Assembly (NCBI GenBank): GCA_964016885.1
Contig: OZ024749.1
Location: 50,964,001 to 51,028,000 of the forward strand
Length of the DNA stretch: 64,000 nucleotides
Origin: Eledone cirrhosa
Lineage: Eukaryota
Direction of reading: 5' to 3'
Part shown: positions 12,096 through 27,490 of the stretch, in pieces
Layout of the letters: every line of letters starts with the position of its first letter
How positions within the stretch are numbered: position 1 is the stretch's first letter
Position numbers and translations under genes: made by a program
Notes under the pieces: model-generated
The model's database searches: none
Seen by the model: the letters and a program-made list of their open reading frames with translations, nothing else
What the model was told of the DNA's origin: nothing

Positions 12096-12748
12096 TATGC
12101 ATGTGTGAGTGAATGTAGATGCGTGTTTGCGCATTTGAACTAGCGTAGTTTGATTTAAGCATAATAGTATTGGAATACAAAGCACGCTAACACTGACAGA
12201 TGCACACATATATCTTTAGATACTCACAGACGTTTCATTAATCTTAAATTAAGCAATGAAACAATAACATTAAACATTTTGATCTGTGTATAAAGAAATG
12301 TCAAAACCATAACAGGTTGTACATATAAAATATGAGATATATATTGTTATTGACGTATTTAATGAGAATATAGAACAAAACGTAACTTATTGTGTAAACT
12401 GTAGTCATAATATATTCCCAAACTGTTATCCATTTTATAGAGACAATTTGTCTGCATGATATCTCATCTTTGCAAACAATCATCAAGCCAACAATATAAA
12501 AATAACACCAACACTTCTAAATTTTATATCACACAGAATTCTACTTTTTTTTACTTCGTCGTGCTGTCTAAATTAAAGATAATGTTATGGTTTGTCTTAA
12601 CATAGACTCATATTGAGGCATACAAATATAATTTCTCACATTGAATTACTTCTTAACACAGTTTATATGTAATTCTATCCATCTCTCCGTCTCTCCTTTA
12701 TCACAAGCATACACACAAACGTATATATACTCACACACACATATATAA

Positions 12749-12792
<44 letters not shown>

Positions 12793-12942
12793 GTATATAT
12801 ATTCATATATATATGTGTGTGTATATGAGTGTATATATATATATATATATATGTGTATATACACACACACGCACACACACACACTCACACACACACACAC
12901 ACATACATACACACACACACACACACACCCACATACACACAC

Positions 12943-12984
<42 letters not shown>

Positions 12985-12985
<1 letters not shown>

Positions 12986-13112
12986 ACGGAGGAAGTGTAC
13001 TAAGGAACCCGGTGGACCATAACGCACCACTACTTAGGGTAGTAGAGTGGGTAATAGAAAAATGTCCAAGACTCCAACGGCAGAGCTCCAGCCGTTTCTA
13101 CGGCTATTTCTG
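12985..13112 (-). mobile_element. Family P copy, diverged, single arm
   Basis: AACGGAGGAAGTGTACTAAGGAACCCGGTGGACCATAACGCACCA...GGGTAGTAGAGTGGGTAATAG...GCCGTTTCTACGGCTATTTCTG is the reverse complement of the P tail plus one arm. Confidence 0.85.
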
Positions 13113-13955
13113 AAAGGCGCATGCATCTCAATATGATAACCTTGTAATATAATCTAATGTGTTAACTGCTATACTGTCATGTGTTCAAATTAATATTCGG
13201 CTATTATAGGGCATTTGGAAAACCTTTCCATGTCGGTACACATCAAATTTCTTTCACATAAAAATTTAGTGAAAGATAATGAGAGGGAGACAAGAGATAT
13301 TGAGGTAGAATGGACCCACTTAGAAAAGATTAAAGGCAAAGTTAAACTCGTTGCAATTTCAACTCAGAAAGCATTAAAAGCTTCTGAAACGTTTAACGAA
13401 AAATATTCTCTCCGACATTCTAATGATTCCTTCAAGTAGTAATCCTTAATTGACGCTTGTAGCACCTCTGATACAGTTTGCTCAACACATTCCGTTATAC
13501 CTTTGTGGAATCCATCATTTAAACTTTTGTTGATAATTCCATATGTTCATATATACTCGACATTAGGTTTTTTGGTTTCTCTCATTGAACATATATAGAG
13601 AAAATGTCATATATTCGTGCGTATGTTTTTAAATATAATTGATACTTACATCATTTCCGAAATGAAACAAATAAGAATGGCTTTTGAGCATTTCAGTTGG
13701 CTCAAAGTACTTCAACGTTACGATAATAAGGTGATTGCCTTGGAGAAATATGCAATGTATTTCCGGTGTTATGATCTCAACTCTTAGTTGAATCACTGAT
13801 CACCACTGTACGCATTTTACGCCTTCGCTTCCTTTGAACATATGTGTATGTGTAGGCACACATACACTCACACACACAAACACATACACACACATACATA
13901 TATACATATATCTCTCACTCTCTCACTCTCTCTCACGGTTATTCTCTCTCTCTCC

Positions 13956-14195
<240 letters not shown>

Positions 14196-15924
14196 ACGTG
14201 GGAGAGAGTGAGATAGTGATATATATAGATATATATATATATAGATAGATAGATATATATATGGTATATATATATAGACGTATATGTGCTTGATTTTATG
14301 CATTCATGCATTCCTAGTTAGACAGAACAACAGTGTCTTACATATTCAGCAACAATCATTTAAATGTCACAGACCTTAATATGTTTCATTCTGAAAGAAT
14401 TCTGAGAAACAACACAGCATGTTCATATTTCAGATGCAAATTGTATGTGCTGTAAATATAACAAATTGAATATATAAAGCAATTTAAAGACGGCAATGAT
14501 ATTAGTATTATATTATAATTTCATATGAATATTTACAGCTACTATAGGTGGAGATAAACTAAAAATATAACGAGAGAGATCATTCTCTGATTGGAAAAGA
14601 AAATTACAATTATGCTTATCATTGCTAAAATATTCACACATTCCTAACAACAATATTATTTAGATAACTACATTTTAGCTTGGGATGATTATATTATTTC
14701 AAAACGTTTTATTAAATACAATGAATTAGAAAAAAAGAGTATATAACAAACGTATATATTCCAAACGTATAAAGAATTACACAAAGGTGAAGTAGGAAAT
14801 TATTATTTTATGTTGAAGAAGGAGACTATCATTACTGAACATGAAGAATAGGTGAAAGCAAAATATATGTAGAGTGTAGTTATAAACATATACATCTTGA
14901 CTACAGAAACTGTGATGATTTAGCACTTCAATTTGACGTAACCTTCATGTATCTGGATATTACCACAACCTGAAATATGCCATTTATATGCCGACAATGT
15001 GAAATCCCCAAATATGGTTTTCAGGATATATGAAAAATTACATTTAAGAACTTTAAACTGTTTTTTCACTCACGATTTTACATGTGACATCCAACCAAAA
15101 GGAAAACGTAGGTAGGAAGAAAGAAAAAGTATCAAAATAAACCATATAAAATACCTTTATATCCAACTGAATCTTTGGGTGTCGATAATGTAGACTTATT
15201 GTTTATTGAGGTTTCTGATACGCACTTGTGTGATTTCAAAACATCATGATAACGTACAAGAAGAATTTAGAAGAAAATTGATGGCTATCAATGCATTTGA
15301 AAGATAAATTTACATAATAACGGAAAGTTAGAAATAGTCTTTAGGAAATTAGATAAAGTTGTTACATATATATTTTTTTCTGTAGATAAGGCACAGCAAC
15401 AATGCGATATATAAACAAAGGAAGAGTGAAAGTTAATTTAAATTCAGAGAAATAAAAATAATCACATCGACACAGATACATGACAATGAAATTCATTCCA
15501 GTAATATTTCATTTGTAAATGTTTGCATATGTATTTAATATACATTTCTATAGTCTTCAAAGCAATATAGTTTCATAAATTGAGTTGTATTTTAAACTTT
15601 AAAATTTAGTGCTGAACATACCTTATTGAACTATGTGGATGTTAAGTTCTTATAAGAGGAATAAAAAGAAATGTACTTCAGCATCTTGTATATTAAGTTA
15701 TGCAATGTACATATAAAACATATATAAATGTTAATCATTCCATTTTATCAGCAAGAATCTACAATAAAGTCTTTGATGAGCATAATAATGGCACATTGTC
15801 GTAATGTTTTGTTTCATGTTATGTTTAGTAATACTTCTTATGTCTTTCTTTTTCCAAAGAGAATTTGGCTGATATGAATATATATATATATATGTATGCA
15901 TATATCTATCTATCTATCTATCTA

Positions 15925-16034
<110 letters not shown>

Positions 16035-16065
16035 TTGTGTTTGTATGTGTGTATGCATATATATT

Positions 16066-16126
<61 letters not shown>

Positions 16127-16884
16127 CTGTGTATATGTGTATATTTGTGTTTGTATGTGTGTATGTCGAATGTCGGGGTGTTTTCGTTTATGTATGTGTA
16201 TGATACATTCTGCATATTCAGTTGTAATTAATTAAGTGAAACGTTCAAATACACATGCCATTCAATTGGAAAGTAAAACTTCCGAACTAAACGCAATCAC
16301 TATATCTTCATCAGCAGTTCATGTACCATTGCTCTTAAAACCATCCCATTAAATTACCGTTCCAAATAGAATGATAGGAAAAAGTATATTCGGACTAATG
16401 CAAAGTTTTTTGTAATGTAAATCGTCATTCTTTAAGCAATTGTATTATCGCTTTCTATATGGTTACTATGATCTTATCGTAGGTGGTTTCTTTTCCTAAT
16501 TTCAGATGTTTGTATCTTTGCACTCGAATAAAAATAATTTATTATGATGCAAAAATATCAATGATGGAAGACAAAGAAATGCGCATACAATATAAGCCCT
16601 AAACCGTTGACATTAGAAATAGTAAATGAATGGGACTGTAATTCAGCAGTTTGCATTTCTACGAGATCTACTCTATTTACGAGCGAGACTTGATTCAATT
16701 TAGACGGAAAACATACAAGTAAATTTATCGATAAAACATTGAACATAATTAAAATCGATTGCCGAGAAAAACTTGCAAATTCTATACATCATATCACGTG
16801 GTGTCACTGCCAGAAGGCGGGAAACTGAAGCCACATTGATTTCAAAGTTGTACTTACAAGTTATATAGGGATATACTCTCTCTC

Positions 16885-16972
<88 letters not shown>

Positions 16973-16973
16973 A

Positions 16974-17009
<36 letters not shown>

Positions 17010-17273
17010 GTATGTGTGTGTATCAGTATTTTTGTTGAATGGGGGAACTTTACCATCAACGAACAATTATAAATGTCGGGAGTAGTAAGATCAGTATTAA
17101 TATAAGAGATGAAATACGAAGTAAAGTCGCTACAATATATGGTACCATGAAATATTTCATATGAGGTGTCTAAAATTATATTATTCTTCCCTATCACATA
17201 TACTATGACTACTCCTGTAAAATTATAGGGTTAATGAGATTCCATCTATACGTATAAATATATATATATATAG

Positions 17274-17356
<83 letters not shown>

Positions 17357-17357
17357 G

Positions 17358-17456
<99 letters not shown>

Positions 17457-18479
17457 TTTATCCCGCCCGCGTTCAATCAGGGATAACCACAGTAAGTAAC
17501 GTACTAAATACAGAGCACAAATCATCAGGAATATATATATATGCATGTATGTATGGGTGTGTGTTTCTCTATGCCTGTTTGTTTCTCTGTGTGTATAGTA
17601 AGATTATGAACAAACATACGAACTCCATGGTTACCAGCTTCAAAGATGGCATACACGCTCTCGATTACTAATAATAATGCATTTCTTTCTTTCGGGATCA
17701 CAGTTTCTACCTATTTATCTTATATTTTTGATATGAATATGAAGTAAATATACGATAATAAATATAAAACTTATTAGACATAAACTATTCTATGGATATT
17801 TAATCATCCGCAGACAGTGAAGGTACAAATACGACGAATAAAGAATCCATAGAAATACATAAGAATATAGGTAACTGATAATATATATGATATAAGAGAG
17901 AGCAATACGAGATTCGAGACATCAAATAATGGCAAATCAAACAATATTATGTAAAAGCCACGAATACGATCATAAGGGAGTCTGATACAAACATTGGCGA
18001 GAACAGAAACCTGTTTACTTGCCAACAAATGAAACGTATTTTTATTCCATAATAAATAAAGATATAACTCGTTTCTTTGTAAACAGGAAAACAATAAATT
18101 TCAATCTGGAATCAAAGAACACATGCGAAAAATAATATAAAGATATTTCCTCTATTCTTTTTTAATGGCAAAAATCAATCTCAAAATGGTATTGCAATCA
18201 CGCGAAAGAAAATTTGGAAAAAATAAAAAATAAATACTACAGGCAATACTAAAGAAAAATATATAAGAATTATACCCGAATGCTGGAAATGATTTAAAAA
18301 GAGGTATCACATCCTACTTAGAAGAACTTATTATATAAAATGAATATCTTCACAAGCATGATATCTAAAGTTGATGCGTGGCAGAAACTGTGCAACCTAT
18401 ATTTAAATTAGAATCACTCATGTACTTTAACTATGCCTCAATAAGTAAATCAAAAGTAGAATCTCGAAAGAGGAATGGT

Positions 18480-18640
18480 CGCAGGGGCTGATACGTATAT
18501 CCATTAATCAAACTGATCATATATAAATACGCCTAACAACAGTCAATTGACAATTTGAGAGACAAAACTGTATGTAGTGACTGTGATAAAACGATTAATA
18601 TACTTGAAATTAGAATTAATATAGTACACATGTATTTGTC
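18480..18640 (+). pseudogene. Possible highly decayed Penelope-like GIY-YIG fragment
   Basis: TGTAGTGACTGTGATAAAACG..ATACTTGAAATTAGAATTAAT reads CSDCDKT..ILEIRIN, like C.DC..(YIG.T.R.)L..RI.EH; the YIG segment is missing. Confidence 0.3.
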
Positions 18641-20627
18641 TAGACTATCAGTAATTTAATGGCAACATGTGTATGAAATAGAATTAACACTACACGCAGC
18701 GAGAAATTCACAATTACCAAACGAAATTAGTGCAGACATATTTATTATTGTATATGTATATGCATTTATGTCAGAAAGGAATATAAATGATAACATGCGT
18801 AGGGTATGATATTGAATTCGCAATATCATATAATCTTAGCATATATTATATAAATATACTCCGCTACCAATCTCAGACAGGTAAGATACATTGATCCTCT
18901 ACACACTTGTGATCCTAGAGATATCTTCCAGGAAGCCTAACAATTCAAAACAGAAGCGGCATTGACAGATAATTATGTGGGAAATGAAAATACAGGAAAA
19001 CGAATAGGAGAAATGGAAAATAAATAGAACGATCTACAAAATGCTATGCTGAAACAATTAGAAGGATAAAAAACATATTCCAATACTCGAAACAACTAAA
19101 ATGGGAGGAAACTAGCAAACCAAACTCACACAATGATTTCTGAAGCACGGGGCGAAAAGCCGAGAACGAATATCTTCTAACTGCAGTAGCAAGCGTATGC
19201 ATAAATAAGGAGAAGATAGGAACTACGGAATATTTGGTGACATAGCAAAAACTAACACACACATCATATATGACTGCGTAGTCGAAATCACCAAAATAAT
19301 ATATGCACAGGCAGGTTAGTAATAGCATCTATATACACAGGAATATATGTCAACCCTGCTAAGTACGAACCGTACAGTTATGTGACACACATAGAACAGG
19401 AAAGGTGTCATATAATTACAACCCAACCAGAATCTCGTATATATCAAGTTAGAAGATGAAAGTCACATGATAGGATGCTATAGTCAAAGTGCATTAATAG
19501 GAAACAATATCTACTTATTGTTTCTCTCCTCACAGTAGGCCCCATAAAGAAACTGAAAGAATTATCGAAATAAATATGTTCTAGAAACTACCCGATACTA
19601 TACCTCTTTCTCCACCAACAATATCTTCCTATAATATCTATTCAATCTCTCTTTTCCTAAATACCTCTTCATCTCTAATTTGCTTAATTTATTTTCTTAT
19701 TTCCAATCATATGAATTATGCAATATGGTTTTGATATACATGCTTTCAGCGACGAATATCGCAGATAATGCACCGTTCGATGTTCCATTCCATACTACTA
19801 CAGCAAATAAACTTATTACAAATAATAAAAAAATAAATAAAAATAAAATAAAATAAATCCTACATATTTATGTTTAGAAAATTGAATATTTAAATTGATA
19901 GGGATGAACTCTGAGAACATTTAACATTTTATATTACTGTAGCATAATCCAGTTGAAATTCGTATGCGTATAATTATAATAGATCCGACTTCAACGTTAT
20001 GATTCTATATGAAACCACGCTCACCTATTGCTTCAGATGTATGTATGGATGAATTCTTATCAGTAACTATAGGTTGCAATTTACAGTTGACAAGCTTTGA
20101 TAATTTCCGTATGATGTGAATTATCATAAAATTGTGTTACATGGATAGTTTCAATATATACTTTATAATTAAGCTTCCTTAGCATATTAACTTGCTGATT
20201 TGCCATCTGGCACCTTGTTCGATAAGGTTCATCCTTTCTACATGAAATTTTAAGAAACCATATAACAACTCAAGCTGCTAACATCACCCATAATCACCAC
20301 ATCAGGTGAACTACCTAAATATTAGGGCTTTTATAGTGATTATTTAGTCGGATATTCTATTACCGTTAGAAAAGTTGTAATATATTATATTTCATTTTCT
20401 CGATACATCACTGGATAACTGCTGTAGCATATGCAACTATAATACATTGACTATATCGATTCAGTAAGATCTGAACGTCGAGTGCAAACACCTGGAAAGA
20501 GCAATGACTTGTATTGCACCAAGGGTCGAATGTCTCTACCAACTAGAACCGTCAGTATGTCAATATACATAAATTTAATAATCAAATATATTATTGTTGA
20601 CTTTCTCGTCGGCCTCTCTCACTCTCT

Positions 20628-20707
<80 letters not shown>

Positions 20708-21536
20708 AACAACACACATAACTTATCGAGATTCGCATTTCGGCCCACGAAATAACAAAAAACAACCTCCGAGATGTGTGGCAAGTGCTCAATGATTCAG
20801 ATGAACCAGAGCTATAACAAACGTTAAAGGCCAAACACACTGAGACGATGGTTAAACAATCATTCGCATAACCCCCCAAAAAACGATCAAGCAATTCGGG
20901 CATTGACAAATTTACTCGGATCCCTGGAAGGTTGATAAAATCCAGTATTTGGGTTTCTGCGGCTCCTAAATCAAGTACCATCCGCTTACATAAATAATGT
21001 CAGGCTTCTGGTAAGATGATTGAACAAGGAAGCCACTTTCTCAACAGGTTTTAGTTCAATGTTAATACAAGGACTGACTATTGCTGACTCCACGTGGGGA
21101 TCGGCAAGGGGGGCAACCCCTATATCAGTCGAATAAATTCAGTTGTGTATATTTTTGCAAGAATGCAAAAACATCACAAATCGAATAGAGTTCTCAGGAG
21201 AAGAGTTAAAATTAACATAAGCTATTCATCAGTCAACAGAAAATCAAGAAGATTAACTGATCAATAGCTATAGTCTGGAGATAAATATATATATATATAT
21301 ATTGAAAGAGTGAAGAATAGCATGGTCAACAGTACAAAAAAGGGTTTTATTTACAGTCTAACAATTGTTTCACTGATTAAGTTGTCTATAAATTGCTGAA
21401 CACTTGGAGCTGCGCCACTCAATGTTAAATACGTTATTACCTTAGACAGATCATATATATATATAATAATAAAAGTATGTGCTCCTGCATGTAAATAATA
21501 CACGAATGGATACAAGTTTAGTCCGACCGTATGCAA

Positions 21537-21618
21537 GTCTTCTGACGAGGATATCTTTCTCAATGAAATTCCGCTTGGATTATATATTTGTTTTAGGATC
21601 TGAAACCGCGCTAAAGGC
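21537..21618 (+). ncRNA. Hammerhead ribozyme motif
   Basis: GTCTT/AAGGC stem I; CTGACGA 21542-21548; GGAT../..ATCT stem II; GAAA 21602-21605; short CCGCG stem III. Confidence 0.6.
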
Positions 21619-22010
21619 ACATATAGTAAGTACGATGAATGTTTTAAAATTTATTTTAAATGTTTTTCTTTATGTGCTTGTCCTTGATTTTATATGTTCT
21701 GGCTTGTTACTTTATTAGCGTGCCATTGATCACACTTGGATATGGTCGGACTATACCAGTATCGCTATGTCTATTATTTACTTGCAGGAACACACACTTA
21801 TATTATTATTCTCACCAACGGTAGAGAAACATTTGTACATTTGAACGTCTGCTATTTTTTGGTAGCGAGGGATTGACCTGTCCACCTTGCTTTCAGTCTT
21901 TGCACACAGTACTAGACACAATTGCTTCATCATTCATTTGTTGGGGCAGTTTTGTATGTCGCCAGTTTGTATTTTGAACTCGGGAATCTTATATTCTCCG
22001 AGAGGGAAAA

Positions 22011-22092
22011 GCCCTCTGACGAGGATCTCTTTCTCAATGGATATGTGCTTGGATTATCTATTTGTTTGGGGATCTGAAACCGCGTTAAAGGC
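22011..22092 (+). ncRNA. Hammerhead ribozyme motif
   Basis: GCCCT/AAGGC stem I; CTGACGA 22016-22022; GGATCTC/GGGATCT stem II; GAAA 22076-22079; CCGCGTTA. Confidence 0.65.
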
Positions 22093-22204
22093 ACATATAG
22101 TATGTACAGTGAATTTTTTTATATTTATTTTAAAATGTTTTCTTTATTTGCTTTTCCTAGATTCTAAATATATATATATATATATTTATGTGTGTGCGTG
22201 TGTG

Positions 22205-22300
22205 TCTTCTGTTCAAAGTCATAAGTTTGTGGATTCGATTTTGGCAGTGGGCATGTTGTTGTGATTTGGGGAAAGATGCTGTATTTCGCATAGATTCAAT
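22205..22300 (+). mobile_element. tRNA-derived SINE head/core (degenerate)
   Basis: B-box-like GGATTCGATT followed by TGTTGTGATTTGGGGAAAGATGCTGTATTTC (CORE-like). Confidence 0.45.
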
Positions 22301-23335
22301 TCTCTCGATTGGAAAAAAGATGGCTTGTGCAAAGATATATCGGTCTTGTCTTTCCCTTGGGTAGGAGAGACTGGTATATATGGAGGACGTCTGGTCCTCT
22401 AAAATACACCCCGACCGGGGCTGTGCTTCGGTTGGCTAATTTTCCAGATGCAAACTCATGGAGAGATACATAATGAAACCTAACGTTATTTTTGATACAC
22501 CCTAACACTTGCACTTTCATTGAAAAGTATCAAATGTTAAGAATGTATTAAGAATGAATTATATGGTAAGAACATTAATTAACACCTAGCTACAATGTTA
22601 GCTGAAACATAGCTATTAGGATGAGCTATATCAATAAATGATCAATGAATTCAATATAATTAATCATAGAAATTCCACACGTCTAAGGAAACGTAAATGT
22701 AATAGACATTGTCTATTGAAAGACATTATCGCTATTTTCTCTTAATAAACATTCAAAGACTGACGAATAAATAATACGTAATATTCCCTCAATTGATGTC
22801 ATACGAGACTCATGAATTGTCTCAGGATTTCCTCTGTCTCTATATGTTTTATTTTATATATATATTTCCTGAATGGCTTAGAGAATAGTGTCATATAGTT
22901 ATTTCTTAGTTACCTGTGTTTGCATTGTATTGGTGATGTACAATCACGTTCTTACAATTTATAGAGAAGGGTTATACAATATAAGTATAAATGTTTATTA
23001 TCCAATGTCACGAAATTCCATTTTATTCGATAATTTTCTTTTATGATGAAGATTGATATATGCTCCAATTGCAATACTGATTACATTTGCTGACGGTGAA
23101 ATATACGGAGTATATTTCAGAACATTTCAAAATCATAATTCTAGAGTAAGAATACCAGTCTATGTATGAATTGAATAACACTACGGCTTAAACCTGAAAC
23201 AGCCAAAACAAAATAAAAACCAGCAGTTTATAAATGTTAATCTGTATATGTTTTCTATATGTACATAATTTATATGTGTTTGCAGTGGCTCTCACCTCTG
23301 CTTCCCGCATGCATGTCTCTCTTTTTCTCTATTTT

Positions 23336-23427
<92 letters not shown>

Positions 23428-24778
23428 TGTGTGTATGTGTGTGTGTGTGTATGTATATGTGTGTGTGTGTGGATGTGTGTATTTGTATGTGTCTGTGTGT
23501 GTGTGTGTGTGCGTGAATTCTGGTCAGAAATATCAGCAAACACTAATTACCTAATCAATATCAGGACTGTCAGACGTAGGTTTAACATAGATTGTGTCTC
23601 CTCTTGTATCTCGAAACTTCACCAAAGAAATCTATACCGAAGTGGATGGGTGCGAGCACTTATCCTTGTTGCTCTTTAAGTAATTGGTCATACGGTATAT
23701 TGCTAAATGAAACATTCTATTTTAAAAGTTGGTTTTGATAAATAATCCTCAACATATGTAACTTTATTTTTATGACAGTTGTAAATAGCCGCTCTTATCA
23801 ACACTTATACTTGCTAGAAATTAGTACTTCTAGCATAAACCTCTTATGAGGGACTTTGATATGTTGCACTAATTCAGTTGCTTCAGATGACTTTAACTTT
23901 CTTCGCTTCTTGCAACTAATTGCTCATCACATATTGGTGTCGTTTTTAAAAACAAAATATAATTTACGCACTAATATGTATTACATATTTTCAGTATGCA
24001 GTATTAGTTTCAAACGTTCAAAATTGTCTTCTGAATTTTCATCATTTTCTTTTATTATTTATTTATCGAATCCAAGAAAAATATGTCATATTTAAAGAAA
24101 ATGTTTATTCAATTGCTATTCTGAATTTCCATTATTTTACGTGGTATGACGTAAAATAATGCCTTTTATTTTGCTTTTGTAAGGATTATTCTTCGGTTAA
24201 GCTTCTGTGTTACCTGTATGTAGCGTGTGTGAAACATTTTAGTTGTGTTTTGTAAGGCTGTTTTATTTTACAAAATAGAAAATTCTATTAACGTCAATAA
24301 TTTATTACTATTCCAAGTACAATCTTTACAACATCTCTCGGTAATTGTTTAGCTCCACAAAGCAATTGTATAATTTTAAACAGATATTGTTGGGACAGCA
24401 ACTAATCCAAATGTTTCCTCATTTAATAAACTTCAGCTTCATTCGATACAATAGTTGAATTTATCAAAAAAAGACAATTCCCCTCAATAATCAGAAGTGT
24501 ATACAGTAGCCTAGGCTTGACCATTATAATTTGAACAATACAGTTGTTAGGTATAAATACGAGAATGTTGCATGATTATGAAAGAGAATATGACGTATTA
24601 CACACACTTAGACTCTTCAAAAATTGAATCTATACCATGTAGCCTATAGTGATTTATATATAACATTTAAATATATCTTTAGTTCTGATGACGTCGAGTC
24701 CAACATAACATTTGATTCCGTTGCAATATTAACATATCAGGCTTCCTAATATTATGTTACAGAAATAACAATCCCATT

Positions 24779-24900
24779 AATTGTTTCTACTTTTTGACAC
24801 AATGCCAGCAATTATCCATGTGTATTACTGGTACTTTATTTTGTCGATCCCGTAAGGGTAAAAGGCAAAGTTAATCTTAGCGGTATTTGAACTCAGACCA
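24779..24900 (-). mobile_element. tRNA-derived SINE
   Basis: AATTGTTTCTACTTTT..CACAATGCCAGCAATTA..ACTGGTACTTTATTTTGTCGATCCCG..AAAGGCAAAGTTAATCTTAGCGGTATTTGAACTCAG, same family as 52822-52945. Confidence 0.85.
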
Positions 24901-25009
24901 TAACAATCTAATTAATATCATGCGTTTAGTACTCAGCATGAATAATCTCATACTATTACTATATAAGTATTAGGAATAGTTTTAATAAAACAAACCTATA
25001 ATGATTATA

Positions 25010-25023
25010 ACAACAATAATAGC

Positions 25024-25055
<32 letters not shown>

Positions 25056-25062
25056 TAATAAT
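25010..25062. repeat. (TAA)n microsatellite, left target of the Dong train
   Basis: AATAATAATAAT run directly abutting retrotransposon sequence. Confidence 0.9.
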
Positions 25063-26543
25063 AAACTTACAAATATCTAGGTGTTTGTGAAGGAGACGGA
25101 ATCAAGCACTCGACAATGAGGGAAAGGATAAGGAAGGAATGTTACCGCAGAGTCAGAGCAATCTTAAGAACGGAATTAAATGCAAGGAATAGGATCGATG
25201 CCATAAACACGCTTGCCATACCAGTAGTAACCTACAGTTACAATGTCATCAACTGGTCAAGCACAGAGATCCGTAGGCTCGATACAAAAATCCGAAAATT
25301 CTTAACCATGCACAGAATGCATCACCCTAAGGCAGACATAGATAGAATATATCTCCCTAGGAAAGAAGGAGGACGTGGATTAATCCAGTTAGACATTGCG
25401 TTGAAAACTGCAACAATTGGATTATCCACATATCTAAGGGAATCACATGATTGGATGATCAAACTCGTTTTGAAACACGAAAGCACCAAAAGATCATATT
25501 CCATTACAAAAGATGCACAAAGATACAGTAATGGACTACAAATTTCAGAAGTCCCATTTACTGCTGAAATGGAAAACACAGAAAAAGCAAAGCAGGTAAA
25601 AGTAACTGCAAAGAAAGAACTGCTACAGAAACTGGCTAAGAAATGGCAAGAAAAGCCTCTGTATGGAAAATACCCAGAGCGAGCTAACAATCCTGATGTT
25701 GACAAAACTTTAACCCATCAGTGGTTGGCATCCTCTGGACTGAAATCGGAGACTGAAGGACTGATTATATCCGCACAAGATCAGTGTCTGCCAACAAAAA
25801 ATTACCAAGCCAACATAATAAAAAATGGGTGCAGCCCATTATGCCGTGTATGCAAAAAACAACCAGAGACCATTGACCATATCAATGTGCAGTCCTATAG
25901 CTCCAACCGAATACCTAAACAGGCATGACAGAGCTGCACAATACATACATTGGATAATGTGTAAGCATTTTGACCTGCCCCATCAAAAGAATTGGTGGGA
26001 GCATCAACCACCTCCCATACTTCAAAAAGATCACATCTCAATCTTGTGGAACTTTAGCATCCAAACAGACCGAAAAATAGATGCAAATAGACCTGATATA
26101 ATATTGAAGGACTTTCAAAGGAGGGTATGCCTGCTAATTGATATGTCTGTTCCAATAGACAAGAATGTATCTATAAAAACATTTGAAAAATTGAGCAAGT
26201 ATAAGGACCTGGAGATAGAAATTGGAAAAATGTGGAAATTGAGAACTAAAACAATACCAGTGGTTATAGGCGCTCTGGGAATGATACCTAAGGGGTCTAA
26301 CGACTACTTATCGCAAATCCCAGGAAACCCGCGTATAGGAGAAATACAAAAGATAGTACTAATGGGAACTGCCCATATACTAAGGAAGATCATGTCAATA
26401 TAAGTACATCACAAGTCTAAACACTAAGGATGCATGTGTGAATATGTATGTTCTTTCTTGAACATGGCGGACCTTGTTGTCTCTTGAGGTCACTGGTTGT
26501 GACTTGGTGATAACTCGTATAAACATAAAGCAAGATAAATGCA
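25063..26543 (+). mobile_element. R4/Dong family A, copy 1: 5'-truncated, 5-bp frameshift deletion near 25882
   Basis: Begins at AAACTTACAAATATCTAGG (=30091 in copy 2). ORFs 25116-25928 and 25825-26403 are the two frameshifted halves. Ends in (TAA)n. Confidence 0.97.
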
Positions 26544-26565
26544 AATAATAATAATAATAATAATA

Positions 26566-26605
26566 AAGGGCTGGAGACATGATGTGATGGGCAGGGTCAT
26601 CCACT
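26566..26605 (+). mobile_element. 40-nt relic of R4/Dong family B between TAA runs
   Basis: AAGGGCTGGAGACATGATGTGATGGGCAGGGTCATCCACT is 38/40 identical to 36710-36749. Confidence 0.9.
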
Positions 26606-26615
26606 AACAACAATG

Positions 26616-26658
<43 letters not shown>

Positions 26659-27490
26659 TAATAATAATAATAATAAGAATAAGGGAAGAAGACGCACAAG
26701 GTGGTTGAACGTCACGAAATTGCTCCCGTAAGTTTTTTGATTTTTAACATATTTAAATCAATTGTGAAAGAACAATTCTTAGCACAAATGTTGCATAAAG
26801 GCACCGAATGAGGTCCCATAAAGTTTCGGATCCATATTATATTGTTGTATCGCTCAAATATTCAATTTTGTATTATATATTTTGTATTCAAAAAAAGAAA
26901 ATGGTTATAAATGGAACAAAACACCCTCTGTCTACACTATATAGAACAGCGGCAATTTCAATTTCACCAACACCAGAAACTTGATACACTACCTATCCCA
27001 TCACACTAAATATAACGGCAACTTCACCGGCATCATAATAATAATTACTATTATTATTGTCTCAAATTTAAAAAAATGTTTAATTCAAATTTTACGGGAA
27101 TATGTCAACACAAAATATAATGAAAATATATATTAAACATACGAACACAAACTCATAGATACTATATCAGTAACCACAACACCACCGCTGCCACCTCCCC
27201 ACCACATCCATCATCGCCGCCACCACTCATTCAATGCTACTGACACTATTCCCCTGTTAACTTGAGAGAGAAAAGGGAAGGTGGTGGTAGCACTAGACAA
27301 GAGAGAGGCTAGCAAAAGATATAAATAGATTGACTTGGTGACCTTGCCACGGACAAACGTCTACATCAACAATTATGGGACTGCTGGCTCACCCCTTCCT
27401 CACCAACAATATAAAAAGCCCCGGCACCACCACCGACATAGCCAGCAGCAATAACAGCCAACTACAACAAAAAGTATATTATATTATTGT

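Larger units (their letters stand above)
21464..22170 (+). mobile_element. Non-autonomous element with two direct hammerhead-containing repeats (474-bp spacing) and a 5' inverted segment
   Basis: 21537-21695 ~ 22011-22170 direct repeats; 21464-21538 is an inverted copy of 21734-21810. Confidence 0.8.

Noticed and set aside
14400-15500. Possible ancient coding remnants (also 23700-24700, 48000-49200)
   Set aside because: No family-diagnostic motif recognisable by eye; would need a translated HMM search
24685-24710. CTGATGA hammerhead core (similarly CTGACGA at ~41071)
   Set aside because: No stem II-GAAA-stem III arrangement follows
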